Shown in pieces: positions 1 through 12,500 of a DNA stretch of 64,000 nt. The stretch is taken from assembly GCA_963707985.1 (NCBI GenBank), contig CAVPRW010000031.1, positions 160,001 to 224,000 on the forward strand, written 5' to 3'. The notes under the pieces are model-generated. The model was given only the letters and a program-made list of their open reading frames with translations, was not told the origin of the DNA and did no database searches. Numbering within the stretch: the stretch's first letter is position 1; every line of letters starts with the position of its first letter. This stretch comes from an uncultured Nitrospinota bacterium. GTDB taxonomy: Bacteria; Tectomicrobia; Entotheonellia; J063; CAVPRW01. The translations under genes were made by a program, and so were the position numbers.

Positions 1-2
1 GG

Positions 3-176
3 GCGTATTTTTCGCAAGAGGACCAACGTAACGCCGAAGGGTGGGACCTCTGGTTTCCCGGTGTTCGATTTGTGGTGCTGTCTGCCTACGCCGGTGAAAT
101 TCGCGATATGCAGGGGTATCGTTGGGATGAGCCGACACAAACATTTTTGTCCATCCCCATCGAAGTGTGTGCGTAA
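3..176 (+). CDS. C-terminal part of a Mov34/MPN/JAB-family metallopeptidase (Mec-like), cut by the window edge
   Basis: Manual translation AYFSQEDQRNAEGWDLWFPGVRFVVLSAY...IEVCA*; the AYFSxxD segment fits the end of a JAMM motif; lies next to TusA and MoeB. Confidence 0.55.
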   Translation, partial: AYFSQEDQRNAEGWDLWFPGVRFVVLSAYAGEIRDMQGYRWDEPTQTFLSIPIEVCA

Positions 177-202
177 GGGATGCTGACTGGGAGGATGATG
201 GC

Positions 203-445
203 GTGTCAACCGAGGTTAGTGCCGATAAGGATTTGAATTTGCAGGGAGAAGTATGCCCCTACACATTTGTCAAATCGAAACTGGCGTTGGAAATGATGCA
301 GCCGGGGCAGGTGCTCCGAGTTATCGTGGACAATGATGAATCGGCCGCGAATGTTCCCCGCAGCATGCAGAATGAAGGCCACAAAGTCCTGGGGGTCACG
401 AAGCTCGATAACAACGATTGGCAGATTGTCGTCCAAAAGTCCTGA
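203..445 (+). CDS. TusA/SirA-family sulfurtransferase
   Basis: DLNLQGEVCPYTFVKSKLALE (CPx motif); GGAGG RBS before GTG at 203. Confidence 0.9.
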   Translation: MSTEVSADKDLNLQGEVCPYTFVKSKLALEMMQPGQVLRVIVDNDESAANVPRSMQNEGHKVLGVTKLDNNDWQIVVQKS

Positions 446-448
446 AGC

Positions 449-1354
449 GTGGCTGGCAACAGCAAGGAGGGCCGAGTGGCCGCTGGGACATCCGCAAAGC
501 TAGCGAAGTTAGGAGCACCGATCACTGAGTTGGATTTTTCTGAGGAGGAGGTCCGCCGCTATAGCCGGCACATCGTACTTCCCGAGGTGGGAGGCATCGG
601 CCAGAAACGGATCAATCGAGCGTCAGTGCTGGTAGTGGGCGCCGGCGGGTTGGGCTCCCCCGTGGCGTACTATCTCGCAGCGGCTGGCGTAGGAACCATC
701 GGCATTGTCGATAACGACATCGTCGACACTAGCAATCTCCAGCGCCAGATTTTGCACACCACCGCGGATATAGGGCGCAAGAAGGTCGAATCAGCCCGGG
801 AGACACTATTGGCGCTGAATCCCAACTTGACGATTGTCCCTCATGATGTGCGTCTCAACGCCGGCAACATCGTGGACATCCTCAAAGATTACGACGTGGT
901 GGTAGAGGGAAGCGACAATTTCCCGACCAAATTTTTGGTCAACGATGCCTGTGTGATGTCTGATACGCCGCTCTCGATGGCGGGGATCTTCCGCTTTTCT
1001 GGACAGATTCTGACTGTGGTTCCTCACGCTGGGCCATGCTATCGGTGTCTGATCCCGCAACCACCACCGCCCGGCGCGATTCCTAGTTGTCAGGAAGCTG
1101 GAGTGTTGGGGGCCATGGCAGGGGTTGTTGGAGTCATCCAGGCGACTGAAGCCCTCAAGCTCATTCTCGGGAAAGGGCAGGTGTTGCAAGGTCGTCTGTT
1201 GCTCTTTGAGGCCCTGCAAATGCGCTTCGAACCTATTGAGATGAAGCGTAACCCGGAATGCCCGGTCTGCTCGGAGACGCCAACCATAACCGAGCTCATC
1301 GATTACGATCTCGTCTGTGAGACGCTGCCGCATAGCGCAGCCTCGGCACCGTGA
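449..1354 (+). CDS. moeB: MoeB/ThiF/HesA-family adenylyltransferase
   Basis: RYSRHIVLPEVG, GAGGLG nucleotide-binding motif, SNLQRQ, CYRC and CPVC Zn motifs. Confidence 0.92.
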   Translation: MAGNSKEGRVAAGTSAKLAKLGAPITELDFSEEEVRRYSRHIVLPEVGGIGQKRINRASVLVVGAGGLGSPVAYYLAAAGVGTIGIVDNDIVDTSNLQRQILHTTADIGRKKVESARETLLALNPNLTIVPHDVRLNAGNIVDILKDYDVVVEGSDNFPTKFLVNDACVMSDTPLSMAGIFRFSGQILTVVPHAGPCYRCLIPQPPPPGAIPSCQEAGVLGAMAGVVGVIQATEALKLILGKGQVLQGRLLLFEALQMRFEPIEMKRNPECPVCSETPTITELIDYDLVCETLPHSAASAP

Positions 1355-1684
1355 TCACCCGCCTGAGCGAGCCGTATACCCAATACAGCGGCTTTGACGT
1401 GCGCGCTCAGCGCGGTGGGGACATCCCCGGATCTTCGATATCGAATGGGTGCACAACGTTACCAATGATGACCTCAAAAGCTTCAAACCCGCCGCTGAAC
1501 TGTGTGAGATTTACGAGGCAGCAGGCGTGACCCCCGATCATGAGATCATGGTGCATTGCGATACTGGCGTCCGTGCCGCCCTACAGTGTTCACGCTGACA
1601 TTACTAGGGTATGATCAACTACGTAATTATGATGGTTCGTGGCAGGAATGGGGCAATCATCCTGACCTGCCGATCGCACGCTAG
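1351..1684 (+). pseudogene. Rhodanese/thiosulfate sulfurtransferase C-terminal domain relic
   Basis: Read across two frameshifts: DVRAQRGGDIPG / IEWVHNV...[23 protein letters not shown] / [26 protein letters not shown]-terminal domain absent. Confidence 0.8.
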
Positions 1685-1725
1685 GAGGCTCACGGGTGCG
1701 ACAGACCGCCATGGAGGGATGCAGG

Positions 1726-2193
1726 GTGAAAATTTCGGCAAGGGGGCGCTACGCCGTGCGTGGAATGTTGGATGTGGCCCTGAACTCCCGCAATTTCCCC
1801 ACCCCATTGGCAGATATTTCCCTACGGCAGGGCATCACGATTTCCAACCTCGAACAACTCTTCGCGAAACTCAGACGGGCAGGATTGGTGCGTAGTGTGC
1901 GAGGGCCAGGCGGTGGCTACTTCTTGGCCCAGACGCCACAACAGATTACGATTGCCGATATCCTGCGAGCCGTCGAAGAACCCCTGGCACCTGAAGCCAA
2001 AACCGCCAACTGCGAACGGGAACCGAGCACTGGTCAGCGGATCGACGATCTACTGATTAACGTGTTGTGGAGCCGCCTCAACGATCAGATCCGCCAGATC
2101 CTCGAATCGGTGACGCTCCATGACCTGGTCACTGAGTGGGAAAAATCCTCGCCACCAGGATTTATGGAACATCGGTTCGTCTTCAGCATTTAG
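1726..2193 (+). CDS. Rrf2-family transcriptional regulator
   Basis: VKISARGRYAVRGM, LEQLFAKLRRAGLVRSVRGPGGGYFLA. Confidence 0.92.
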   Translation: MKISARGRYAVRGMLDVALNSRNFPTPLADISLRQGITISNLEQLFAKLRRAGLVRSVRGPGGGYFLAQTPQQITIADILRAVEEPLAPEAKTANCEREPSTGQRIDDLLINVLWSRLNDQIRQILESVTLHDLVTEWEKSSPPGFMEHRFVFSI

Positions 2194-2210
2194 GGTCAAT
2201 ATGATGTAGG

Positions 2211-3096
2211 ATGACCAGGCGCGACGACAGGACTGTCCCCCAGATGTCTTCACGGATCGTTGCCTTGCTGACAGATTTCGGCCAGCGCGACCCTTTTGTT
2301 GGGATCATGAAGGGGGTCATGCTCGGTATCAACCCTGATCTACAACTGATTGATATCAGCCATGAGATCATGCCACAGCGCATTCGTGAAGCGGCGATCG
2401 TGCTTGCGGCGAGTTGTGCCTATTTCCCTCCCCGCACAATCTTTCTCGTTGTCGTCGACCCTGGAGTCGGTGGGACGCGGCGACCACTTGTTGTCGAAAC
2501 TGCAGCGCATCACTTCGTTGCTCCTGATAATGGTGTTCTGGGACCGGCTCTGGATCAGGCAGAGGTTCGGCGCGTTGTCCATGCCATCGAGGCACGGTAC
2601 TTCCGGCAGCCTATAAGTCGTACCTTCCACGGCCGCGACGTGTTTGCGCCGTTGGCAGCCTGGTTGTCATGCGGTACTCAGGCCTACGAGATGGGTATGA
2701 CCATTGACGATTATCAGCGTCTGGAGTTACCACGGCCGCGAGTGGATACCTAGTGGGGAATTGGTCGGTGAAGTGATTTACCAGGATCGCTTTGGCAATC
2801 TGAGCAGCAACATCGCCGAAGCCTGGGTGCAAGAAATCTGGGGACCTTCTCCTTGGCACGGCATAGAGGCCTACATCGAGGCATCGATCATTCGAGGGCT
2901 GGATTCGCATTACGCTCAGCGCTCCCCCCACGAATTGGGCCTCATCATCAACAGCTGGGGGTTCTTCGAGGTCTTCGCCAATGGTGGGAGTGCGGCTCAG
3001 GCAACGGGTGCTATTGAAGGGAGACCTATACGCATCCGCCGTGCAAGTTTTCGATTCCACCACCCTCACGCTAATCACCACGAGCCCGGCAGATAA
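2211..3096 (+). CDS. DUF62 / SAM-dependent chlorinase-fluorinase family (SAM hydrolase), frameshifted near 2745
   Basis: LLTDFG, VVDPGVG, APDNG, TFHGRDVFAP in ORF 2211-2753; GEVIYQDRFGNL and EVFANGGSA in ORF 2704-3096. Confidence 0.88.
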
Positions 3097-3434
3097 AGGC
3101 GCCCACAATGTGACCTATTGTCCGATCCCGACAAGGACAAAGAGGCCATTGTCAACGTTTACGGTGTGCACTGTGCCTAGCTATTGACCATCCACACCTC
3201 GTTTATTTATGGGGAACATTCTCGATGCGATTCGCATACATCGGTCTGGATTCTAGACGTGGAATGTGGTACAAGCGGCAGAAAGATCGCACATTGCGCC
3301 TTCGCCTGTATCGTCTAGGTCAGCATTGAGTGTGGTATCCCTGAGTGGCTGCGATGGCCTCGGCTCTCAGCCATAGGAACCTGTGCCTACCCCAGGTAGC
3401 ACCTTCTCGTCGGCGTGGAACAGAAAGGAGAGAT

Positions 3435-3854
3435 ATGGAAACCCCGAATCGTCCGATCCCTCAGCCCATTACCCCTGAGGCCAAACCATACTGGGATGGT
3501 CTCAAAGAGGGGAAGCTGATGTTGCCCAAGTGCGAGGATTGTGGCAAGCTGTTCTTTTATCCGCGTGTGTTCTGCCCATTTTGCTCATCTCGGCGTATCA
3601 GCTGGATTCAGGCCAGTGGCAAAGGCAAGCTCTACTCCTTTGAGATCGCCTACCAGAACTTCAATCCCGCATATAAGATCAAGCCTCCCTACGTTTTCGC
3701 CATGGTTGAACTTGATGAGGGCCCACACTTGATGTCCAACCTCATCAACATCGACCCGGACCCTAAGGTGGTCAAATGTGATATGCCGGTGGAAGTGGTG
3801 TTTGAGAAGCTCACTGATGAGATGACCGTGCCACTCTTTCAGCCAGCCAAATAG
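3435..3854 (+). CDS. DUF35 Zn-ribbon/OB-fold protein
   Basis: PYWDGL, CEDCG...YPRVFCPFC, VELDEGP; AGGAG RBS. Confidence 0.9.
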   Translation: METPNRPIPQPITPEAKPYWDGLKEGKLMLPKCEDCGKLFFYPRVFCPFCSSRRISWIQASGKGKLYSFEIAYQNFNPAYKIKPPYVFAMVELDEGPHLMSNLINIDPDPKVVKCDMPVEVVFEKLTDEMTVPLFQPAK

Positions 3855-3914
3855 GCCGGGGCTATGAGTGATTTCGCATGTCCGATAGCAACCGCTAGTC
3901 AGGGGAAGAGAGCA

Positions 3915-5060
3915 ATGAAAGAGCTGCGTAGTACAGTCTGCATTGTAGGTGCTGACGAGAGCGATGAGATCGGCACCGTGCCGAACAAAAGCCAGTTGAC
4001 GCTCCATCTGGAGGCGATCCACAACGCCGTACGGGATGCTGGGTTGAAAGTCTCCGACGTTGACGGCATTTTCACCGCCGGTCAGCATTCACCGGCCCTC
4101 CTTGGCGAAGCTTTGGGTATTTCGCCACGGTACATCGACGGGACCTCAGTGGGTGGCTGTTCCTTCATCATCATGGTTGGTCATGCCCTGTTGGCGTTGC
4201 ACCATGGCTTGTGTGATGTGGCGGTAGTTTCTCATGGTGAGAGCGGGCGCTCGCAGGTCGGAGTGACGCGTAGTCGCGACACGGCTCTGAGCGGCCAATA
4301 CGAAATCCCCTATGGCTTTGGCCCGGCTCCAACCAATTTCGGGATGATCACCACACGCCACATGCACGAATACGGGACGACGTTGGAGCAATGGGCGCAG
4401 GTGGCGGTGTCGACGCGGAAGTGGGCCGCTCTCAATCCCAAAGCCCGTTTCCGGGACCCCCTGACCATTGAGGATGTGCTCAAATCGCGGCCGGTGTGTT
4501 ATCCATTCAATTTGCTCAATATCTGCTTAGTGACTGATGCCGGTGGCGCCGTGGTGCTCACACGGGCCGATCGTGCCAAGGACTGCGCCAAGAAGCCAGT
4601 ATATATCTGGGGAGCAGGGGAAGGGAGCGAGCACGTGTCCGTCTCCCAGATGCACAATTTGACCTTCAGCGAGGCCACGCGCAAATCCGGGGAAAAAGCC
4701 TTCGCCATGGCCGGCGTCACCCATAAGGACTTCAATCATATTATGCTCTACGATGCTTTCACGTCAGGACCACCTATCATGCTGGAGTCTCTGGGCTTTT
4801 GCAAGCCAGGCGAAGGAGTATATTTCTTCGAGGAGGGGAAGTCGACCCCAGGTGGTACGTTACCGATCAACACGAACGGGGGAGGGCTATCCTATACCCA
4901 TTCTGGCATGTACGGTATTTTCCCCATTATCGAAGCCACACGCCAACAGCGTGGTGAATGCGGCGCACGCCAGGTTCCAAATGCGAAGATCTCACTCGTG
5001 AACGGGATGGGTGGGATGCTCTCAGCCGCAGGAACGCTCGTGCTGTCGAACGAACCATAG
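3915..5060 (+). CDS. Thiolase-like protein (SCP-x type)
   Basis: LYDAFT and NTNGGGLSYTH motifs; paired with DUF35. Confidence 0.88.
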   Translation: MKELRSTVCIVGADESDEIGTVPNKSQLTLHLEAIHNAVRDAGLKVSDVDGIFTAGQHSPALLGEALGISPRYIDGTSVGGCSFIIMVGHALLALHHGLCDVAVVSHGESGRSQVGVTRSRDTALSGQYEIPYGFGPAPTNFGMITTRHMHEYGTTLEQWAQVAVSTRKWAALNPKARFRDPLTIEDVLKSRPVCYPFNLLNICLVTDAGGAVVLTRADRAKDCAKKPVYIWGAGEGSEHVSVSQMHNLTFSEATRKSGEKAFAMAGVTHKDFNHIMLYDAFTSGPPIMLESLGFCKPGEGVYFFEEGKSTPGGTLPINTNGGGLSYTHSGMYGIFPIIEATRQQRGECGARQVPNAKISLVNGMGGMLSAAGTLVLSNEP

Positions 5061-5264
5061 GAGGGGCCACTATCAGAGCATACAGCGATAGGGCAGGCGA
5101 GAGGCCTGCCCCATTCGATTGTCCGAGCCAGGCCTCTGTAGCACATATGAAGTCGGGGTTGACGGTCACGGCTGCACAATCAGACGTGTCATCGGAGATT
5201 TGCTCCTCGCCTTCTGAGGCATTATTCTATCGGCGCAACGATCCACTCTGGAGACGTATAGCCC

Positions 5265-7386
5265 GTGACACCAGCGGAAAGCTTTTTTAGCCTCTATTAT
5301 CATGGGTTTATCCGTGTGGCCGTGGGCGTACCCGAGGTGCAGGTCGCGGATCCAGAATTCAACGCCTCGAAGACCATCGCACTCATGGAGCAAGCGGCGT
5401 CGGAGAATGCGGTCCTGGCGCTGTTCCCCGAGCTCGGGCTATCAGCCTATTCGTGCGAGGACCTGTTTCATCAGCAGGCTTTGCTGAATGGCACGCTCGA
5501 CGCCTTGCAGACCGTGCTCATGGCTTCTACGGACTTGAACCTGATTGCGGTGATCGGAATGCCGCTGCAGGTGCAACATCTCTTGTTCAACTGCGCGGTC
5601 GTGCTGTATCGGGGGCAGATTCTCGGGGTTGTCCCGAAGACTTACCCACCGAACTATCGCGAATTTTACGAGTTGCGACAGTTTGCTCCCGCCTCCTCCG
5701 CCACTCGGACGACCATTGCGCTTTGTGGGCAGGACGATATTCCCTTCGGTGAGCGACTACTCTTCCAGGCTGGGGACGACTCGAGCTTCACCTTCTTCGT
5801 GGAGATCTGTGAGGACCTCTGGGTCCCCATCCCCCCCTCTTCATACGCCGCCTTGGCGGGAGCCACGGTTCTCCTCAACCTGTCAGCGTCCAATGTGACG
5901 ATCGGCAAGGCAGAATATCGCCACAGTCTCGCCGCCAATCAGTCGGCACGCTGTCTGGCGGCCTATCTCTACACTGCAGCAGGCACCGGGGAATCCACCA
6001 CAGATTTGGCCTGGGATGGACAGGCGATGGTATACGAGAACGGCATCTTGATTGCGCGAGGCCGACCGGTTCTCATACGCTTCCCAGTTGGTCACCGCTG
6101 ACCTGGATCTGGAGCGACTCTCCCAGGAACGCATGCGACAGACCAGCTTCGCTCAGAGCGTGCAGCGGCATCGTGATGAGGCGAGACAATTCCGCACCAT
6201 CCGCTTCCCCGTTACCTTACCCGCGACCGATCGATTGCTCCTCAATCGGGCCTACGATCGTTTCCCGTATGTGCCGGCAGACCCGACCGTGCGCGACCGT
6301 CGGTGCTATGAGGCCTACAATATTCAGGTTCAGGGGCTGGTCAAACGACTCAAAAGTTCGCGCATCTCCAACGTGGTATTGGGGATCTCCGGCGGACTTG
6401 ATTCCACACATGCCCTGATCGTCGCGGCCCGCGCCATGGATGTGTTGGGATATCCACGTACACACATTAAAGCCTACACCATGCCCGGTTTTGCCACCAG
6501 CACGCGCACGCTGGCCAATGCCTGGGCGCTCATGCAGGCCGTTGGCTGTGAGGCGCACGAACTCGATATTCGCCCGAGCTGTGAGCAGATGCTGCGCGAT
6601 CTCGATCACCCTTATGCGCATGGGGAGCCCGTCTACGACGTTACCTTTGAAAACGTTCAGGCAGGCGAGCGTACTAGTCACCTGTTCCGACTGGCGAATT
6701 ACCACCAGGCCCTGGTGGTGGGGACCAGCGACCTGAGCGAATTGGCTCTCGGCTGGTCAACATACGGTGTCGGCGACCATATGTCCCACTACAATGTCAA
6801 TGCCAGCGTGCCCAAAACTTTGATCCAGTACCTCATCCGCTGGGTTGCCGACACTGCACAACTTGGGTCGGAGGCGAGTCGGGTATTAGAGGCCATTCTC
6901 GAGACAGAATTCAGTCCCGAGCTCATTCCGGGGGACGTCAATGGTGATCAGCCTGGCCAGAAAACCGAAGCAGTGGTTGGGCCCTATGAGCTCCAGGACT
7001 TCAACATCTACTATACGACTCGGCTAGGTTATCTGCCGACCAAGGTGGCCTTTTTAGCATATTGCTGTTGGCGGGATCGCACGTACGGTCGCTGGCCAGA
7101 TATTCCAGCGGAGCAGCGGCATCAATATACCCTTGGCGAGATCAAACACTGGCTGTCGGTCTTTTTGTGGCGTTTCTTCCAGATCAGCCAGTTCAAGCGT
7201 AGCTGTGTGCCGAACGCTCCCAAGGTCGGCTCTGGTGGTTCGCTCTCACCGCGAGGGGATTATCGGGCGCCCAGCGATAGCGAGGCCACGGTCTGGCTCG
7301 AGCAACTCAAACGTATCCCCGATCTGGACCCCGATGCACCGCCAGCCGTTACCGCGTTGCAGATGGTAGCAAATCCTCAGTCATGA
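5265..7386 (+). CDS. nadE: Glutamine-dependent NAD+ synthetase, frameshifted near 6055
   Basis: Nitrilase domain (FPEL, PKTY..NYREFYE, EICEDLW) in 5265-6101; synthetase domain ([25 protein letters not shown]) in 6052-7386. Confidence 0.93.
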
Positions 7387-9523
7387 GAGGACGGACCTCG
7401 AAGCAAACGGTATCGAGGATTCGTCGTTCATCATCGACAATCGACAGGGTGTGTGTTCCGGGTTCGGGTTCCCACAGCAGCGGCCCTGTCACTGCGCCAA
7501 GATCCTGTCCATTGAGCACCCAGCGTTGCTCAGGGCTGGCCTCATCTCCCACAAAGGCGATACGCTGGTGCGCCGCTGGGATGTCTGGGTCGAGAGCAAT
7601 CACCTCTCCCGACACAGGTGTGCGGACCTGCGGGAACCCTCCAGCCCAGTATTTTTGAGGCACTAGCGGCTCTGTGCCCTGAAGAAACCACTCCTGCCGA
7701 TCGGGCTCGATGCTGCCGGGAAAGCTGACCTGGCGCTCTACGACCCCGGTGGGTGGTTCCGTGGGTACGCTTGGAGCAGTGCGGTGCAACCAGGTCATGA
7801 TGTCGCTCCAGATGGGTGCCGCTCCGATGACACCGCTGACATGTCGCATGGGTTCACCGGACAGGTTTCCCACCCAGACACCGACGGTGTAATGGCGCGT
7901 GTAGCCGATGCACCAGTTATCACGCATCTCTTGACTGGTACCAGTTTTCACCGCACTCCAGAAGCGCGTCGCGAGCGGGCTTTCGAGCCCAAATGTCACG
8001 CTGCGGCTGTCCCGGTCGGAAAGAATGTGCGACAGCAGGAAAGTGGTGGCTTCGGAGTATACCCGGCGGCCGCTCTGGGGGGTTAGCTCCCCCGGTGTTA
8101 GGCGCAGCGGAGTCCACATCCCGCCGTTGGCGAGGGTTCGATAGGCCTGCAGTAGTTCCCAAAGGCTCGCGTCGACAGAGCCCAGAGCGAGGGACGGACC
8201 ATAGTAGTCTCCTGACTCGTTGGCACCGTTAAGCCCCAGACGTCGGAGCTCCTCAACGAAGTCCTCGGCTCCGACGAGGCCTAAGGTCCGCACGGCGGGG
8301 ATATTCAATGATCCTGCCAGTGCGGTGCGCACTGATACCAGCCCACGAAATGCCTCATCGTAGTTCCTGGGACGATATACCCCCCCGATCACCGGCACAT
8401 TGAGCGGCTCGTCTTCCAGCAGCGAAGCCGGCGTGAGCATCTTGCGCTCGATGGCCATGCCATAGAGGAAGGGTTTTAATAGGGAGCCTGCCTGACGTCT
8501 GGCCTGAATGCCATCTACATGTCTGGCGCTAGCGAGGTTTCCACTGCCAGCGACATAGGCCAGGACATCCCCGCTATGATTTTCCACCACCAAGACGGCT
8601 CCATCATAGACGTGCTGGGCTCGAATTGCCATAAGATGGTGGCGGAGCGTGTCGGCAGTAAATGCTTGTAAGCGGCTGTCAAGCGTCGAGTGCACGAAGC
8701 CTGGTGCATCGCTTGCACGTAACAACCGTTGGGCCACATGCGGTGCCAGAGAGACTTGGAGGCCCGCACCCACAGGCGTGAGCACCCGCTCCACAAATCC
8801 CGTGATGTCCTGATGAGTAGCGGCGCCACCGCGGGTGTGCAGTAAGGCTTGGGCACGTCGGGCTACGATCGCGGGCTCGGCATTAGGCCCGCGCAATAAC
8901 ACCGCCAGGATGGCAGCTTCGGCATCGGTGATACCGTGCGGGGCTTTGCCAAATAACACACTCGCGGCGGCGGCGATCCCTTGCAATTCACCGCGATAGC
9001 TCACAAGATTGAGATAAGCTTCAAGGATTTCGGTCTTCGACCAACAGCGTTCCAAAGCCCGTGCGAGCCGTATTTGCCACCACTTTTGGGGAATCAGTCG
9101 TGGTGATCGACGCGGGTGCGAGTTCGGGTCGATTAGGGTGGTGAGTTGCATCGAAATCGTACTGGCGCCGCGCAGCGGTTTCCCGACAAACCAGCGCGCC
9201 ATGGCCCCGACGATTGCCCAGGTGTCGACGCCGCCATGGCGGTAAAAGCGCCGGTCCTCGGAGGTGAGCACCGCCGCCTGTAACGCGGGAGAGATATCTG
9301 CCAGTGGTGTCCAGGCTAGCCGCCGTACCTGGAAATCGAGTCGCCGCTCATGCAAGATATGACCTTGTCGATCGAGCAGGCTGCTGTCTGAAGGGCGAAA
9401 CGATGCACGAACGTCCGTAAATGACGGCAGTGCCACGTCGTCTCGGCCATTCACCTGCCAGAGAGCTGCGGCCACAGCACACACGGTACACGCCAGAACT
9501 ACGGGCAAGAATCGCCGGATCAT
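7349..9523 (-). CDS. pbpC: Penicillin-binding protein 1C
   Basis: [26 protein letters not shown] and KTGTS motifs; directly downstream of alpha-2-macroglobulin. Confidence 0.93.
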   Translation of the reverse strand: MIRRFLPVVLACTVCAVAAALWQVNGRDDVALPSFTDVRASFRPSDSSLLDRQGHILHERRLDFQVRRLAWTPLADISPALQAAVLTSEDRRFYRHGGVDTWAIVGAMARWFVGKPLRGASTISMQLTTLIDPNSHPRRSPRLIPQKWWQIRLARALERCWSKTEILEAYLNLVSYRGELQGIAAAASVLFGKAPHGITDAEAAILAVLLRGPNAEPAIVARRAQALLHTRGGAATHQDITGFVERVLTPVGAGLQVSLAPHVAQRLLRASDAPGFVHSTLDSRLQAFTADTLRHHLMAIRAQHVYDGAVLVVENHSGDVLAYVAGSGNLASARHVDGIQARRQAGSLLKPFLYGMAIERKMLTPASLLEDEPLNVPVIGGVYRPRNYDEAFRGLVSVRTALAGSLNIPAVRTLGLVGAEDFVEELRRLGLNGANESGDYYGPSLALGSVDASLWELLQAYRTLANGGMWTPLRLTPGELTPQSGRRVYSEATTFLLSHILSDRDSRSVTFGLESPLATRFWSAVKTGTSQEMRDNWCIGYTRHYTVGVWVGNLSGEPMRHVSGVIGAAPIWSDIMTWLHRTAPSVPTEPPTGVVERQVSFPGSIEPDRQEWFLQGTEPLVPQKYWAGGFPQVRTPVSGEVIALDPDIPAAHQRIAFVGDEASPEQRWVLNGQDLGAVTGPLLWEPEPGTHTLSIVDDERRILDTVCFEVRPLMTEDLLPSATR

Positions 9524-12500
9524 GGACGTACCTCGACCATGTCGTTTGGCAGCTCCCCGAACATCTCTGGAGCGTAGAGAGCCTCGACGCGCGTCGACGG
9601 CAAGTGGAAGCGGCCGCTCTGGTTCAGTCGCACGGTATACTCAACGGTTAGGTCTCCCTTCGGAACAAATTCGTAATAGGCCCGAAAACCGTCGAAGGCG
9701 CGCTCCTCGAAGGCTGCCCTGCTACGAGCTTGGCTGTCTTCTCCTTGAACAGCCAGGTGTGAATCTGTCCCCAGTCCGGTACCGAGGTGCGATGCCCCCG
9801 CCGGAATTGGATCATTCACCACTACCCAGGTCATGTCTCGGTCAGCTTCAATTTCCAGCCGCACACGGACGATGTCGCCACGGCTAAAGCGACCAGAGGC
9901 TGACGTATCGACAGGTATGAGCGATTTCCTCAAGCGGTATCCACTGGCGAGTGGAGCCTTGAGCGGGATCGCCGCCGTGGCCTCTAGTGTCACCCAGGGG
10001 TGGCCGGCCCCAGCATGGTCCACTGTGAGTGTCGTGCCTGCGCCGGGCCAGGGAAAGGCGAAAGTGTCACCCTGCGGCGATTGCGCCCACGTGACCTCCC
10101 GGACCGCGCCGTCGAGGGCGGCCGTCGTAGTACCTCCGATGGGAACGTGCTCGAACGCCTGGGAGAACTTTTCAATCGCCAGCGCTCCCCAGGCGTTGGC
10201 TACTGTCAGATCCCAGGTTCCACGCTGCTGGCGCGCCAGCGTACCGTTGAGAAGGCGGGGAAGATCTTCTTGCCATAAGTGTTGCTCTAAGAGGAGCAGC
10301 ACAAGTCGGACGGCATTCGTATCCGCCGATGTCATCAGCCACCACAACCCCTCGGAGTTTTCGCTGGAAAATCCCAGGCTTCTGCCCTGCAGATTCAGCC
10401 GCGAGCGCACGATTTGCTCGGCCTGGAGTAGCTGTGATTCTTGATGGTGGATGCCCGGCACACGATGCAGCACGTTCCACCAATCCAGCACGGCAGAGGT
10501 TGGCCACAGATTGGGCTCAATGGTGATGCTGCTAAGCACCTGGGGGTTCACCGTCGTATGGCGTGACAGCGCCTCGATAGCCGCGAGCTTGCGGAGCGGC
10601 AGATCAACGGCTGCGACGGAAGGCCGACGCCGGATTGTGCCCTCCACAAAACGCTGCAACCCCTGTATCATACGCTCACGGGTCTCGGCCGGGATCTCCC
10701 AACCTGTCTCATGGATAACCGATAAGGCGTAAGGGGTTAACACCTCGCTCCCTTGCGCCATGCTCGGAAAGTATTTGAGCAGTCCATCCGGATCGAGGTG
10801 TGACGGAAGGATAGCCGCGATTTGTTCCCATTGTCCCTGATCACGCAGCGCCACCGCCCGTGAAATCTGCTGCTCGAGACATGAGTATGGGTAACGCCGC
10901 ATCCAGTCACGCATGACACCCATGCCTTCAATCAAAGATGGGCGTATGAGGAGTTGCACGCCACCTCCGCTGGGGAGGGCGTCAGCAGGACGCTGGATCG
11001 GTTGCTTGATCTCGTGCTGCCACTGGGAGAGAGTCGCCTGGATGGTCCGAATCGGCACGACGGGGTACACTTGCTGCACGACACGAATGTGATCAGTGGC
11101 GCCACCTGACGCAGTGGCTTCCACCTCATAGCGCAAGGTGCGCACACCCGTCGGCGCGATCATGTCCCAGCCGATCACTTGGGATTGGCTGGAGCCCAGC
11201 GACAGCGCCCGCGCCATGAGTGGGTCCGGAAAACCGTCGACACGGCCCTGGACCTGCACCTCCATAGCCTGCTCGGTGGTATTGCGCAGCGTGAACTCGG
11301 CGCGAAATTGATCCCCCTCGCGGACGAGGGGTGCGATACCTGACAAGAGCATCAGATCCTGGGTTGAACGGATGGATGTCGAGCCGGTGCCGAACAGGTC
11401 ATGCCCCCCGGTCGCTACCGCGACGAGACGGAAGCTGGTTAACGAGTCGTTGAGGGGGATTTCCAGGGAAACCTCGCCGTTCGCATCCAGGGGCACTCGT
11501 CCATTCCACGAAAGAAGTGTGTCGAATAGCTCGCGTGTTGGTTGCTTCCCACCACCCCCTCCTTGTGGCAGCGCCTTCAGGCCGTAATGTCGCTTGCCAA
11601 CGACTTGCATCTGTGCCGTGGCGGTTTGTACCCCATAGCCGCGTCGACCCATCATGGCCTCTAGCAGATTCCAGCTCTTGTTCGGAAGTAGCTCCAGGAG
11701 GCCTTCATCCACGGCTGCCACCGCCACCTCGCTTCCAGCGGGCGGGAGCTGACCATCGGCAGTCCGTACCGTTACACGCACCAGTACTTTGTCCCGGACC
11801 CGATAAGTCGTCCGGTCGGCAGTCACCTTCACCATGAGCTCATGCTTGCGCCATCCCACCCTGATTTCTGCGATTCCAAGTTTGAATGAGGGCCGGCCAA
11901 GGTCTACCATCGCCGTCGGCTGCACGCCACTAATGCGCCCCCGCACCGCCAAGACAGAGATAAACATGTTCGGGGCAAAATCCTCTTGCACCGGGACCTC
12001 GATGACGGGTTCTTGACCCGAAAGGGGCACCACAAAACCATCGAGGACTCCTTCCCGCTCCGTTGTGATCAAGGCCGTGGCCTCTCGGAACGGCATACGC
12101 ACCTGAAACCGCGCCATCTCACCAGGCTCGTACTGGTGCCTCTCCGGGATGAGATCGATGCGATCGTGATCTTGGACATCGAACCACCACTGACGAGTAC
12201 CAGGAACCCATACATCCTGATGGGCTACGGCGACCAGGCCACCGTTACTCAACAGCGATGCCTGCACGATGAGGTTGCCGTCGGCCGGCGGTTTTGCTTC
12301 GCACAGCATCAGGCCCTGGGAATTGGTGCTACCTTGGCACAATGCTCCTAGTTGTCGCGTTTCATCGACATGCTCATAGGCATAAAATCCCCCGACCAGG
12401 CGTTTCCGATAAGAATAAAATTTCCGCTGCCAGACTTCGAGCTGCACTAAAGCATTGGGGACGGGTTGACCGTGCACATCGACCACGGCGACTCGCGCGG

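Noticed and set aside
2211..3096. Fluorinase/chlorinase function
   Set aside because: Motifs show only family membership; most DUF62 proteins are SAM hydrolases and there is no halometabolite context
6040..6101. Programmed frameshift or natural split of nadE
   Set aside because: No slippery heptamer seen, and similar indels occur throughout the window
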